A stretch of 64,000 nt of DNA from Camelus dromedarius (GCF_036321535.1 NC_087436.1:48734001-48798000), one strand, 5' to 3'. Positions 39,166 through 53,249 are shown, counted from the stretch's first letter. A program made the numbers and translations. Notes: generated by a model not told the origin, from the sequence alone.

Positions 39166-40310
39166 TGTTGTGATGTAATAAGAAATGTACATTTGGTCTT
39201 TCATTTGATATTTGGTCTTGGCACAGAACTCCTAAAACCTTTGTAATTTCCTGGCTTGTGAGGGTGAGAAGAGGGTCTGTTGTTATTCATAATCAGCCCC
39301 TTTTGACCATACTTGTGTTTAGGTTAAGGATGTGACTTTTTTTTTAAATTGAAGTGCAGTCAATTACAATGTATCCATTTCTGGTGTACAGTGCAATGTC
39401 CTAGTCATGCATATACATACATATGCTAGTTCTCATATTCTTTTTCGCTAAAGGTTATTACAAGATATTGAACATAGTTCCCTGTGCTATATTGAAAAAA
39501 ACTTTTATAAATCTATTTTTATATATAGTGGCTAACATTTGTAAATGTCAAACTCCCAAATTTATCCCTTCCCACACCCTTTCCCAGGTAACCATAAGGC
39601 TGTTTACTATGTCTGTGAGTCTATTTCTGTTTTGTAGAAGAAGTCACAGGATGTGACTCTTGATGGGACCCGAGATAGCCTTAGGATGGGAGCTGGTTGC
39701 CAGAGGAACCAACTGTGCATTTAGATGGTTGGAACTTTCAGCCCCATCCCGAGAATTCTGAGGAGGGGAGAAGGGCAGGGGCTGAGCTAATCACCAATGG
39801 CCAATGATCTAATCAGTCATGCCTACAGAATGAAACCTCCATAAGAACCTTAAAGATTCTGGGTTGATAAATGCATCCACGTGCCAGGAGGGTGGCAGAC
39901 TGGAAAGGGTGTGGAAGCTCTTCACCTCTTCCCGCGTATGTTGTCCTATGCATCTCCTCCATTTGGCTGCTTCTGAGTTATATCCCTTGCAATAAACTGG
40001 TAATATTAAGTAAAGTATTTCTTTGTGTTTTATGAGCTACTCTAGCAAAGTATTGGACCCGAGGAGAGGGTCATGGGGACCTCTGATTTATAGCTGGTTA
40101 GTCAGAAGCACCAGTGATAACACAAGTGACTGGTGTCGGAAGTGGGGTCAGTCTTACGGGACTGAGCCTTTACCCTGTGAGGTCTGTGCTAACTCTGGGT
40201 AGTCAGTGTCACAATGAATTAAACTGTAGGACGCCCAGCTGGTGTCACAGAGAGTTGAATTGCTTGTCATGGAAAACTCACACATTTGGTGTTGGAAGTG
40301 TTGTGAATAG
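39166..40310. mobile_element. MER21-like ERVL LTR interrupted by an L1 fragment
   Basis: Motifs ggctggttgccagaggaaccaac-like, aatcaccaatggccaatgat, gacctctgatttatagc, gggactgagcc and ctgtaggacgcccagctggtgtc. Confidence 0.75.
39338..39647 (-). mobile_element. 5'-truncated L1 3' end nested in the LTR
   Basis: T-tail, then ttgaagtgcagtcaattacaatg...ggttattacaagatattgaacatagttccctgtgctata. TSD aggatgtgact at 39327-39337 and 39648-39658. Confidence 0.85.
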
Positions 40311-41212
40311 GAAGAAACAGTCTTCTTTTACTACCCTTATTTGATATTGTCATTTCTTGAGGTTTTTCTGGAGAAAACCAAGTCCATTCTGGAAAGAAGC
40401 AGGACTAAAATAAATTCAATATATAAAAAGATAGGCTACCAAATATTAAGATTTAGGCTTGATATGAAAGCTGTAGCTTAGGTATTTATTTGTTGTTTTA
40501 GGATTTCCTATCAATTTTTTTCCTGCTTTTAACATTGAGTTCTATTCTCTAGAAATTCTTTAAATTCCCAATTGTACTATCTTTCCTATATTCAGATAGT
40601 TTATATTTTCTACAACTGTTCACTTTTGCCCCCTCTGTTCAAACAATAAAATCTGTCTCCCATAGAATAGATTCTTTTTTTCCTAAATGAAGATGCAAAA
40701 TATAAGTCCAAGACCTCACAGCTCTTTGTCAGAAAGTTCCTTATGTAAATCAGTGAAGACCATTTTTACTTGTTCTGTCTCAGATGGAAAAAACAAAATA
40801 TCATACAATATGCAGCTCAAGCTATGTGGTCTACTGAATGAGCAAAGCCCTACTCCACAGCGCAAATAACCTGAAATATAAAATTAATTAAAATTGAACA
40901 GTTGGAGGATATTGGTAGAGTAATGTTTTTGATTACAGTGTCTTTAACTCTGGTAAATGTGTATATTAACTACTGTTAATTTGCAAAATAATTCATCAAA
41001 TAAATTAAATCACCCTAGCAGTATGGTCTCATTTTTCTAAATGCACATCTAGGAATACAGTGTGATTTGGAAGAACTTTGCTTAAGGAAAAATCAAGGCA
41101 GGATGGCACTGATGCTCAGCCAGACTTCAAATTTAATCCTATTCTGGTAAATACTGTTTGAGCTCTAACCGAACCTCAGTTTCCTCTTCTATTATATAGG
41201 AAGACAATGTAT

Positions 41213-41704
41213 TGTGCATATATAATTTTCTGTATATTATGATGTTTTGACATTGTAAGAAAGCATTCGGCCTGGAGAGAGACTGCCCCTCCCTGGGCTA
41301 GCCCATTTTTCCAGATGGCAAAGGGCCCAGCCTAGAGCATGACTTTGATATGCAAACTAACCTATCCCCAGTCGTATCTCTTCTATCTGGCATGTTGTCC
41401 CAGAGGCAATATTCCTCTGCCTTAATCATCCCAGGGCCAGATGCCAGGCAACTAGGGACCATCCTAAACTGCGCTGTCCTGCATTGCCTTTCCTGTGGGA
41501 ACCCCAATAGAAATCCCCCCACACTACCCCCTACTCCTGCCTTCTGGCTTCTTACCACCCTGGATTTCCCCACATGACCCTGCTTGGCATGCCTCCTGTC
41601 TCTAGGACCTGTGAGTGTAATAAACTTTGTTTCTTCCTGAGCCTCAACTCTGCCTTTTCCTGTGGCCTCACCTGACTGACCATCTCATTAAAGAATATAA
41701 AACA
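41213..41704 (+). mobile_element. Solo ERV LTR inserted in a MIR (family uncertain)
   Basis: TG...CA ends, gagagactgcccctccctgggctagcc motif, octamer-like atgcaaa, aataaa near the 3' end. MIR halves lie on both sides. Confidence 0.65.
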
Positions 41705-42861
41705 AACCATCTGTGTCTTGCAGAGTTCCTGTGAAAACACAATGAGTTAAAATATAATGCCATCACTGCAGTGCCTAGTATGTAGGAAACATTCAATGAA
41801 TGGTAGGTGTTAGGAAAAGTCTAACTTTGGAGGTAGAACTCCAGTATATTTATGATCCAGATCACAGTCCATGCTCATGCTTTATCTGAACAGAAAGCTA
41901 TGAAGTGTCTACACCTCTGTCTCTTGACACAGGATCTGGGAGAGAAGGGAATACTGGGCTATTTCTGCATTCTTTTTTTTTTTTTTTTTTGGCCACAGGG
42001 ATTTCCTGTCTCTTACTGTGATGGAGGCTGGAAGCAGAGGCTCCTTTCTTTCAACAACAGGTATGAATTCTGCCAACAGATAAGCCAATTTTAGCTTCCA
42101 GAGACGGAGAGATTCACCTGGACTAGAGACATAAAGAGTTGATTATTTTTAATGAAATAACGATGAAAGTGACACATACCAACTCAAAAGAAGAAGAAAG
42201 CACTGGCTGGATCTGAAACTCTTTTTCTAGGAGCAGTGCCAAATGCTCCCTGCCAGGCAGGAGCTGTCCTCTAGGCTCCTGTCACTCCTTGGTGCAATCA
42301 GTTCAAATTTCTTTATAGCCTAGAAGAGAGATTTATTTTTTTTCAATAAATAATTTAACAGGTATCTATTGCATAACTCGTGTGTGGTACTGCATCGCAT
42401 CTAAGTCCTATCCAACCTTTCGGGCTGTGATTGAAGACAGCTTCTTCCCTTGTCGTCATTTAATTTGGTTTGTTTTCTCAAATAAAAAAAAAACGCTATA
42501 TATAACAGATTATTGTCACCATGCACTTGCCTTTTGTATGGTAATGAATCAATCTTTTTTACTCATTAAAAGTAACCCTAGGCTGGGCTAGGAGAAAGGA
42601 GATTAAAACCTAATGAGTCAGGAATAAAGGTTCCCATGGACTTTAGTAACATTCTGGAAACTGAAGTGATTGCACAAAAGGTTCCTCAAAGTATTAATAA
42701 TGTGACTTATAACTTAAAGGAATATGCTGGCCTTGCCATCTGTGGTGAAGATTTGGGTCTCCTTGGGAATGTTCCCATCCTTTCCCATTGATCTCCCTAT
42801 GTTTTTAAGATGCATTTTCTCCACTAAACTTTTGTTTGGCAAGCTGTTTGGAACTCTGTCG

Positions 42862-42890
42862 CTTGTTGTTGTTGTTGTTGCTGCTGTTGT
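42862..42890. repeat. (TTG/CTG)n microsatellite
   Basis: cttgttgttgttgttgttgctgctgttgt. Confidence 0.85.
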
Positions 42891-43379
42891 ATTTTAAGAA
42901 ATCTGCACACTTCTTGAAATATGAAGAGTAAGATCACTAGACATGCAACAAAAACACAGGCAAGGGTTCTGCTGCTAGCAACGGTGGACCAGGATGCTTT
43001 GAACCAAGCCTTTCTCTGAAAACTAGAAACACTCCCTAGGTGGTGAGGAACTGGGTTTGTGGGGTCCGGATATGGGAGCACAGGCGAGCCCAAAGAAATG
43101 AGCTTGAAACTCACTGCTTTACTTCTTCCAGCGAATGCCAATTCTGAAAGTGGGAGTGGAGATGTAGGATCCTTTCAGTAGACGTTTGGGCCAGGGAGAA
43201 AAAAAATTCAAGGAGGATGGGACCTGGTAAAGCTCCCAGGTGTTCTTTGGCAATCCTGAAGGGGTATACGCCCAAGGAGAAGGGGTATGCTGGTTACAGA
43301 CCTGCCCTCACAAACACCGGAGGCTGATGGATTAGGTGACGTGTACCTGCTACCACTCCAGCCTACCTGCTTGCCAGAA

Positions 43380-44070
43380 GCAAAATGAACCCTCTCTGGA
43401 GGAAGGTAACATCACCAGTGGCCACAAATGATTTCTGAATGTTTTGTATCAAAGGCTGGCAATCAATTTAAAAACTATCAAGCACAGAAAGAGATGAGAC
43501 TGAAAGAAAAACAGAGGATAATAGAAACAGGCTTGTGGGGGTTTAGACATTGGAGTTACTCAATAGAATTTTTGAAAATTATGATGAATACATTTAAGAA
43601 ATTAAAAGCAAGATTGAGAAATTTGGCAGAGGACAGGTAGTGGAAATAAAAATAACTGAGAACAGTAACTGATATTATGAATTCAATGAATGGGTTTAAA
43701 TAACAGATTAAATACAGTTGAAAAAGAATTAAATAAGTCAGAAGGAAACACCTAGGTTGAATCATGGGAAGACAAAAGGATGGAAAATGCACAAAAGAGT
43801 GTAAGAGACACAAGGGACAGGTGAAAAAGTCTAATGTGTATGTAATTGTAATCCTAGAAGGAGAGAGAGAGCAGGACAAAGAGAATGGGACAGAATAAAG
43901 GTATGTCAAGAGAATGGCTGAGAATTTTCCAAAGTTCTGGAAAAATACCAAGCTAGATTTAAAGAGCATCACGAACCCCAAGCAGGATGTATATAAGAAA
44001 ACCATACCTAGACGATACTGGTAAAGTCAAAGACAAAATCTTAACACACGTAAAAGAAAAAAAAGACAAA
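43380..44070 (+). mobile_element. Old L1 ORF1-region relic
   Basis: A-rich with gaattcaatgaatgggtttaaataacagatta and agaatggctgagaattttccaaa. Confidence 0.65.
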
Positions 44071-44569
44071 AAACATGCATTGGCCATTCTGCGTCCTTTC
44101 CTGGGGCACTAAGAGGAGAGCTTTGTGTGGGAGCCCATACAGAGCATTAGCAAGTGAACCTGGGTTTGCTATGCTCTGTGTTTCTGTCCATTATCAGTTA
44201 CTCTGGGGGAACTGAGGCAGCATTCCTCACTTTCAGAATCCTTATAGCATTTTCTTTTGACAATAGATACTCATTTGGTCATTAAATCCTGCTGTGCTCT
44301 TTGTATATAACAAATTGGGGCACTTATGGTGTGGTAGACCCTATTATTATGCCCAACTTTAGGTAAGCAGACCAAGGCGTGGAGAAGTTAAGTAACTTGG
44401 CCGAGGTCAGGAGGCTAGTAAGAAGTAAAGCCTGACTTCATGGCCCTTGCTCGCCTCGCTTAGGTCATCCAGTGTTAAGAGTAAACTCCTGATGGGAGAC
44501 TGACTCAGCTTTCCGTCCTCCCTCATACTTGCTCAAATAATACGAACAATGACAACACTCACCACGACA

Positions 44570-44790
44570 GCCGACTTTCCTGAGCACGTACAATACACCA
44601 GGACTCATTTACTTCTCACATCCTTCTCATGAGGTAGGTACTGGTATTATCCCATTTTACATATGAAAACACAGAGGCACAAAGAGGTTAAGTAACTTGC
44701 CAGGTCACATAGCTTTTGAGAGATGAAGCTGGAGTCTGAAACGAGGCAGTTTGGCTTTAGAGCGTGTTTGTAACCATCATGTTTACTGCC
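44570..44790. mobile_element. MIR SINE
   Basis: gaggtaggtactggtattatccccattttacatatgaaaacacagaggcacaaagaggttaagtaacttgccaggtcaca. Confidence 0.85.
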
Positions 44791-47700
44791 CTTGCTGTAC
44801 TATTGTTCATTACCAAGGGAAGGAGAAGGAAGAGTCTGTGTCCACCAGGACAAGGTTGGAAGCATCCTAATTGTGACTATTAAAACAGCACACACCTTGG
44901 CTGTGAAAGACCATTGTCTCTATGTAGAGATGCCAAGAAAAGGCAAGTGATCACATAGGAAGTTCCAAGCTATTCCATTGGCTCTAAGGATATTCTTCAG
45001 AATCTATGCTTTCCTGAGCATTTTCTCCACAAGGTGAATTCTTAACTCATCTCTTCATCACATTTTTCATTCTCCTATTTGTGTATCTACCCAAATTCAT
45101 TTTACTCTTACCTACTCCTTAGGTTAAAAGGTAAATGAGCTGGCTTCATATCAGAAATAGTCCTTTGCTGGGTCTCACATAGGTTGAAGCTGGACAAAAA
45201 TACGAAGGCCCCCCAGAGTTTGTTAGCAATGTTTAGCAGGAGAAAATCACCATGAACAGAACAGGCCTGCTGCTGGGGAAGGTGGTAAATGTTAAGAGAT
45301 GCCAGGAGGAGGCAAAGCCATTCAATTGCTACCATTCTTCTTCTTCAAGGAAAATGAAGCATCTTCACATTGAAAAAAGTAGGGCAAATGGAGAGTGAGT
45401 CATAAATTTTACAGCTCTCTCTCTACAAAGGAATTAAATGACAAAATATGATGGTCTGACTTTCTCTAAGGCTGTGTATAGCTAATCCAATGCTGTAATT
45501 AACATCGAGTTTTAAATGTCGTTAGTCTGTGAAGAATGAAGCCACAAATCTTGGGTGGAAGTATTTCAGAGGAGATGTCATTATCAAATACTCCCTTGCT
45601 GTGAACGGAGTTAGACGTGTAGAATTTCTAAAATGATAAGGCTTCACTCATACTTAGGGCTCATTTGGTGACAAGAAACTAACCCTACTCTGGCTGCCTC
45701 ATATAAAAGAGGATTTATTATACGACAGCTCCTCATGGAATTCAAAAAAGGAAGGACGGTGGAGCCCCACGGGGAATTAGACTTGGAAACTGAAGACTTC
45801 AGGGCTCAGCTGCTGTTCTCGGGCTGCAAGTTCTTGCGCTGACACTTGTCTGTTTCCTGCCCTGCCGTGTGCAGCCTCTCCCTGCAGACTGGCTCTCTGT
45901 GCGTGCTCCTCACGTGCGTGGCCCTCCTTAGCTGTCATCGCCTCTTGGTCCACAGGCCCTTGCAGCTCTCGAGACCACCACCACCTGACTCCCAGCCTGG
46001 GTCTCTCCGTTCAGTTCTCAAGAAAAAAATAATCAGTTTGGTCTGGTTCATGGATCAGATGTCCACCTCTTTTCTAATCAGTGATGGTTGGGTTTATTTG
46101 ATATAAACACAGGAAGAAGGGCTCAGAGCTGGTACTCTAGTTGGCTGAGGGAGGGGAGTATTCTTCAAGAAGAGAACTGGGAAGAAATCTTAAAAATGTG
46201 TCTCTAAACACTATGATCTGAACCCAGGGCTTCAGTGTCCTGGAATCCTCACAGTACCTTAAGTAACTACCAAGGACGAATTCATTGTTTAGGAGACATA
46301 CGAATGCTCACAAATAGTTTGGAAAGAAGGAAAATGTGAGTTTAAAATTCAAAATTAACAAACTCCTCAGATATTCCAAGTGGTGGCATACATGTATGTT
46401 GTCGCAAAGAGTGCCTGGGTCTAAGTTGTGGCTAATGAGTCAGGGCACTACTTAAAACATCACGACTCTCAGTTTTCTCCACATTAACATATTAGTTACT
46501 CAGAAATGAAATTTTTAAAAAATTAAGTGAGTTGCTTTAAAATTTTGAAAGTATTGCCCATATATGGTAAAACAAATTAAAGCAGCACAAAACAATATAC
46601 AATGAAAAATAAGACACTGTTCTCCCTTCCTGCACCCTCAGTCCCACTCCCCAGAAGTAACTATAGTCATGAATGAATGCTTTGGCTATTAGTAGTGGCT
46701 ATTGTTGATTTACACAAAATTCAGAGTTAGGTGGTGTCAGAGTTGGTTCTGTGGTTTGTAAGATAATCAAGAAGCCACTATCCACAGTGTGCCAGCAGTA
46801 TCACACCTCGTTGTCACAGGAGGCTAATGCGGGTAGGAAGTACATTTTCAAACGATCCGTTCCTAAGCGGGAAGGAATGGGGTGGAAGCATAAAGAGCTT
46901 TCTCCTCATGCACATTTTTATTTTCCGAGGAGGGAAATCCTCCCAGAAGCTCTAAGCAGACTCCCCTTATCTCTCATCCCCCAGCCCCACCGTGGGGAGA
47001 AGAGAATAGAGACTGCCATGACTGGTTTAGGTCCATCCTAACTCATGCCCTGGGGCGACACACGGCCGCCCCCACAAAACCAGCGTTCTGTTGGCAAGAA
47101 AGAAGGGAAATGGCTATTGGGCAGGCAATCACCAGTGGTGGCCACAGTAAAAATGATTCACTGTGTCTTAGTATCTGCCCAGAAATTTTCTAGATGTATT
47201 TAACTAAATATATTGTAAGTACTATATAGTGTACCGTATGTATGGATACACCACATGCATGGTCATATGCATGTGTATATGCATATACACATAAATATCC
47301 ACATGTGATACTTGCCCAAGAATCTTACATTTTTTAGATAAGTGAAGTACTCTATGCATCTGATTAGCACAGACTAACACATAGTAAGTGCTTTATTGAT
47401 GCTGATTAATATTATTATTTATAGCCTTAATACTTATAGTCTTTGAGACAGTATACATCCTTTTGAAAAAGAATGAGAATCATTTTCTAGCAAATGCTAA
47501 ATTTCACTTTATCAGTACTTTAAAAAATTATGCCAGCACTTTTATTTTGGGCTGTTAAATACTCTCAAAGGTATTAATTGCATAGCTCCTTTAAAGAGAG
47601 ATAAGAATTACTGTGGTCAGCTGTAAATTCCATTTAAACATAGTGAAATAATTTTGTGAATAACAACTAAGTGACTAAATGTTTACTTTCCAATGACTAT

Positions 47701-48163
47701 CTAGCCACAAATATTTTCTAATCGTGTTAATATGCAGGCAGAAGTAAGAAGGTTAGGTATCAAACATTTTTGGTGTATTTGCACAAAATATTATGTTAGC
47801 AAATGAATTTTACATTACTGACAGAATTTTTGGAAGGAAAAAATAACTTCACAACTATTTGCCTAATATATGCTGCACAGAGATCATGAGAGTCATTTGA
47901 GAAATTCTTATTGGAAGAGAAGGCCATTATAGGTACTTTAAATAAATACAAAACACTTCAAGTATTTGACATAATTGGATGAAAGCTTGTGGGAGAGAAA
48001 GGGAGCAGAGGAGGGAAGTCTCCTTAGTTATCCTGGAAATAGGATCCTGACCAAGAGTCTAAGGTAGGTGAGTCCAGCTTCACATTGCCCTTCAGCTGAC
48101 CTCTCATAGTCATTAGGCCAAGTTCTAAAATGGCTTGTCTTTCAGGTAAAACTATATCTTTTA

Positions 48164-49130
48164 ACCCAAAATATACAAATAGCTCATACAACTCAATATC
48201 AGAAAAACAAACAACCCAATCCAAAAAATGGGCATAAGACCTAAATAGACATTTTTTTCCAAGGAAAGCATACAGTTGATTAATAGGCATATGAAAACGT
48301 GCTTGACATCACTAATTATTAGAGAAATGCAAATCAGCACCACTTGAGATATCACTTCGCAGCTGTCAGAATGGCTATCACTGAAAAGAGTACAATAGCA
48401 AATGTTGGAGAGGACATGGAGAAAAGGGAACCCTTGTACACTGTTGGTGGGCATGTAAATTGGTGCAGCTACTATGGAAAACAGTATGAAGTTTCCTCAA
48501 AAAACTAAAAATAGACTACTATATTATCCAGGAATTTCACTCCTGGGTATATACCATGAAAAAATGAAAACACTAACTCAAAACGATACATGCACCTCAA
48601 TGTTTATAGCAGCACTATTTACAATAGCCAAGATATGGAAGCAATCCAAGTGCCCATCAACAGACAAATGGATAAAGAAGATGTGGTCTATACATATATA
48701 CAATGGAATATTATTCAGCCATAAAAAGAATGAAATTCTGCCATTTGCAGCAGCATCGATGGACCCAGAGACTATTGTGCGTAGTGAAATAAGTCAGATA
48801 AAGAAATACTATGTGATATCACTTAAATGTGAAATCTAAAAAAAAAATACAAATGAATGCAAAACAGAAACAGAGTCACAGATATAGAAAACAAACTAGA
48901 GGTTACCACTGGGGAGAGGGGTAAATTAGGGGTAGAGGATTAAGAGATACAAATTGCTATGTATAAAATAGAAAAGCAACAAGCTTATATTGTACAGCAC
49001 AGGAAATAATAGCCATTGTCTTGTAAAAGCTTTTAATGGAGTATAACCTGTAAAAATACTGAATCACTATGCTGTACACTTAAAATTAACATAATAGTGT
49101 AAATCAACTATACTTTACTTCAATAAAAAA
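48164..49130 (+). mobile_element. L1 (L1MA-like) ORF2 C-terminus and 3'UTR, degenerate
   Basis: ORF 48474..48839 contains SLLGIY..TCTSMFIAALFTIAKIWKQSKCPSTDKWIKKMW, typical of L1 ORF2p. It is followed by a 3'UTR and caataaaaaa. Confidence 0.92.
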
Positions 49131-49351
49131 TATTTAGTCATATTGGCATTTTAACACACAAATACGTACTATATCTTTTAGTCCCCCTTTCTCTTTTTTC
49201 TCATCATTTGTCCCAAAATGTTTCAAAGTATGAAAATATTACGATTATATACAAACTATTTAATCTCTCAGACTTCACGTTCTTCCATTTCTAAAACAAG
49301 GGGGGTGAATTAGATGAAGGTTGAAAAGATCTAAAATTCTAAGTTAAAGGC

Positions 49352-49625
49352 CAGTGTTTCCAGAAGTGACTGCTCATCAGAATCACCTGGAGGCCCTTAT
49401 AAAAATACAGGTTCCTGGATCCCACCTTCAGACATTCTGATTCATTCATTTAACGAATGATTACTGAGGGTCTTGCATTAAATTCTGGATACACAATGAT
49501 GAATGAAACAGACATGGTCTCACCCTGCCCCAGCCTCTACAGGAGGACCGAGATTGAAGCCAGTAATCTGTGTTTTAAAATTGCTCTCCAGGCAATTCTG
49601 ATAAGTAGACAGTTTAGAGAAGCAA
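49352..49625. mobile_element. MER5A-like hAT element with an internal L2-like fragment
   Basis: catcagaatcacctggagg...aaaatacag...ttctgattca and aatctgtgttttaa..ctccaggcaattctgat, split by ttcattcatttaacgaatgattactgag. Confidence 0.6.
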
Positions 49626-52600
49626 TAACAGTTTAGAGAAGCAATATTCCAGACCAAATGGAAACGAGACATTTCTGAGGGACTGTTTTAATTTTACTTG
49701 GGATGAACTCAAATTTACACTCTAGAAATGCTTCTAATTTTCACTGAAAAAATTTTAAATGGCTTCTCTAAAACATACGTGTGTGTGTATCTTAGATTGA
49801 AACAAGTGTTAACAAGAAGAAAACACACACCTGATGTAGGTGCAGTATACTGGTATTGGGCGGGGTTTTAGCAAATTAACATTGATAGTTGATACATTAA
49901 CTATAGACACCTGCACAAGTTAAAAGAAAATCGTATTTGATTTGAAATACTGAATTAAAGTTCAAAGTGCTTATGCAAATAAATAAGTTATTCATTTTGA
50001 ATTCTATTATTTACTTTGATTTGCTCTTTGAGGAATTTTAAAGACTTACTTACTTTAATGTTCAACAGTGTGAAATGTGCTAAAGTGTTTGACTTTATGA
50101 CCTGTGAATGCTGAGGTTTACAAATAGACATTTTATGCTTGCTATGGTTATATAACTCTATTTTCCTTTAAATAATACCAGATTGAGAAGTTACCAAAAA
50201 GAAATAAATGAAAGAATCCCTGTTTCTATGTGACCAAATTATAAACACAATGACGATTTGACCTAACTCCAGGAAGTGTAACTCTAGGCGGCCGTAAGGA
50301 TAAATATGAACAAAGGAGCTATGAATAGCCAACCCTTAATTTTTCAATTTGTAAATGAGTCAGACCCTTTATCACAAGGATTTTCTCCCCATTAACACCT
50401 ACATTCCAATATGGCCAATAAAAAATAGATAGAGACCATTCAAAGCAGTCCAGGTCTATTCATTTGTAGTTTCTCTGTCTCAATCAGGGTTCTAGCAGGT
50501 AGTTCAAATGAAGAGGTTTTACTGCAGGGACCACAAGCAGGTGCAGGCTGGGGGAAGAGATGAGGAAGGGGTGTGAGAAGCTAAGAGACTAGCAAAAGTG
50601 GGAAGTAGGGAAACAGCCTTGGGTGTAAAAAGAAAAAGTGAGGAAACCATAGCCCAGACTGGAACCATGCAGGAAGAAGAAGGGCCCCACAAAAGGAACT
50701 GTATTTGTTAATGTGTAGGGAGTACCAGAGACCCCTCCCTGAAGTGGGGCAGGGAGGAACACCCTTTCTTACCTCGCTCTCCCTTTCTACCTTCCGAATT
50801 TCTGCGCAGGCTTCCCCAATGTCAATTTCCTGGGAGCACCAGCGGGGCAGAAAATGGATAGGGGATGTGTGGACAATTAAGGAAAAACCCCTGGGCTCTC
50901 TAAAAGTGGAGACTCTCTAAAAAGACAATTTATAGTGGGCACGTCAAACTATGCTGCATGCTTTAGACTATTTACTTTGTGGACTGGGGGCTATTTTCAA
51001 ATCTAAACTCTGTTTTTGGTTGCAAACAACTTTTTGTTTTCTGTGTTTTCACTAAATTCTAGCTGCAAGAATTACATGCTTTTAGGCTGCCTCCTCCTCT
51101 TATCAGTTTTTATATGATTAGTAGTAAATTGTAAGCAAGGAGCCAAATCAAATACAAAAAAGATACTTTGGATTAGCTGTAAATTGTTTCTCTAATTTAG
51201 TAAGGATAATCTAGAATTTTACTTTAAAGGGTGATTTAAAATAATAGGATTAATCACAATTCAGCTTACATGTGCATTCCCTCTTATTACAGGGAGTTGG
51301 CTGTGTGGTCACAGAACCTCTATCATTGAGCATGGGTGTGGGCCTGAGTCAACACTCACACAAAAACTTGTCTTCTTGAATACCTGGGTAATTGAAAATG
51401 CCAAGAAACATTTTATAAATTCAGCAAGGAAAAGAGTAATCATCGTTAATGTTGCTGCAAACCTGGAGGAATAATTGGCTTTGAGATGCTGCAAGATGAA
51501 ACGACAGCAGCTCAAATGTCATTGCCTAGAGGAGGACGACCAGAGTTAGGCTGGCTGCCAGTCATGTGACTTCACAAAAGGTTACCCAGAAGGGATGGCA
51601 CCCACTTCAGGAAGCACAAATGTCATTGCCAGGACCTGACGTTCTTCGAGTGCAATGATATAAAAAAAACCAAAGGCAATCTGATTCAGAATGATAGATT
51701 TGAACATCATATAAATGATTTGTACATCCAGAAAGCAGAATGTCTTTCCCAAAAAAACACTTCAAAAAGATAGCATTGGAACACTGGTATCACAAAGAAA
51801 TATGCTAGTTACTAGTTTTAAAGGGTGATTTAATAAATAAGTGGTTTTATAGTGGAAAAGCTAAAATTTCCAATTTTCATTTCTTTTTCTTGTGTGTAAA
51901 AGTCACTATACATATAAAGTAGAGGGTAGGCAGTAGGAAAGCCCATTCAACTGCATTTGCAAGTCATAATTTAAGATAAATTTTGGCCATTTGTGTATCT
52001 GCAGTCATTTTCAAGTAACCTAAGTAAATTTTAGTTCACGATAATTTAAGTATTTATTACAGCTGTAAAATTGGGGAAGTATGAAGATTAAGACAAGACT
52101 GTTGATTGAAACCGAGTGCAAAATCTGCTTTCCCCATTAGGTCCTTTCTTTGCCTTTATAACCCCTGACGCCTAATAAAATTCTCAGAAGCTCTAAGTCT
52201 GGATGCTCATTACCTAATCTATTTTACCTGTTTTAATTGGCATCAGCCCATCTATTCCAGCCGCAGTAGCAAGATCTCTGGAAGCACAAGTTCCCGCCCC
52301 TTGGGAGATAGTTTACATCTATTATTTTGTGAGAAGTCCAAGTCTTGAGTCTAGGTTTGCAGCAAATAGATGGAGTTTCCCATTTCTTAAGCAGTGCTTC
52401 CTTCATCACTCCCTTCCATAAAGAACTGAATGACTTCTCATTGCCTATAAGACTGTCACATAACAATGTATTTAGAAATTCATTTGTGGTTTGGTTCTCT
52501 TTACTCAAACCCACTTATTAACCTCCTACTCCACATACACACACAAAAATGACCACATTTGTGGGTTTTTTGGTGGGGGGATAGGGGCCTGTTCAGGATC

Positions 52601-53249
52601 TAAAACAAAAGAACTTGGAAATAACCCTCTTTCTATCTTTTTTGAAAGCCTGAATTCATTGCTAAGCTATGTATCAAAGACGAGGACAGGCGAGAAAGGG
52701 ATGACTTTGAGGAAAGCTTTGGTGAGAGGAAAATTCTCCCCAGACTGTGGAAAGTCAGTGAGTTCTTTGAAGAGAGGAGCCCTCCACTCTTCTCTGTAGA
52801 AGTGATCTGAGTTCAGAGGGAAGAGCTGTGTAATATTCCTTGTGGGGATGGACCTCAAGCTTTGGGGTTCTCAATGGAGCACCAATTGAAGATTTTTCTC
52901 AACTTAAAACCAGCATTAAGTTCCTTACTTAATAACATGTCAGACAACGTGTTAATGTATGAATCTTAGGATCTCCATTTCAAATCTTTACTACTCCTAT
53001 TGTTTAGAATAAATTATGTATTCTCAGTGAGCCTTAGTTCATGCATCTGTAAAATGAGGGATTAATACCCATCAGGGAAGGTTGTGAAAATAAGACATTA
53101 TGAACAATATGTGGCACACAGTCAACAGAAATAGACAACTTAGAATTAACTTTGGAGAGTTATAAAATCTTTTCACACACCCCACAATTCTCTTAGCCAA
53201 CAGTATTTACCAATTTTCCTATCCTCTCAAAAAAACACCTCTGGGTCAG

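Noticed and set aside
42824..43141. ORF with a polyglutamine run
   Set aside because: It is the translation of a (TTG)n microsatellite, with no exon context or recognisable homology.
48024..48839. ORFs resembling a protein-coding gene
   Set aside because: They are broken L1 ORF2 remnants and their antisense frames.
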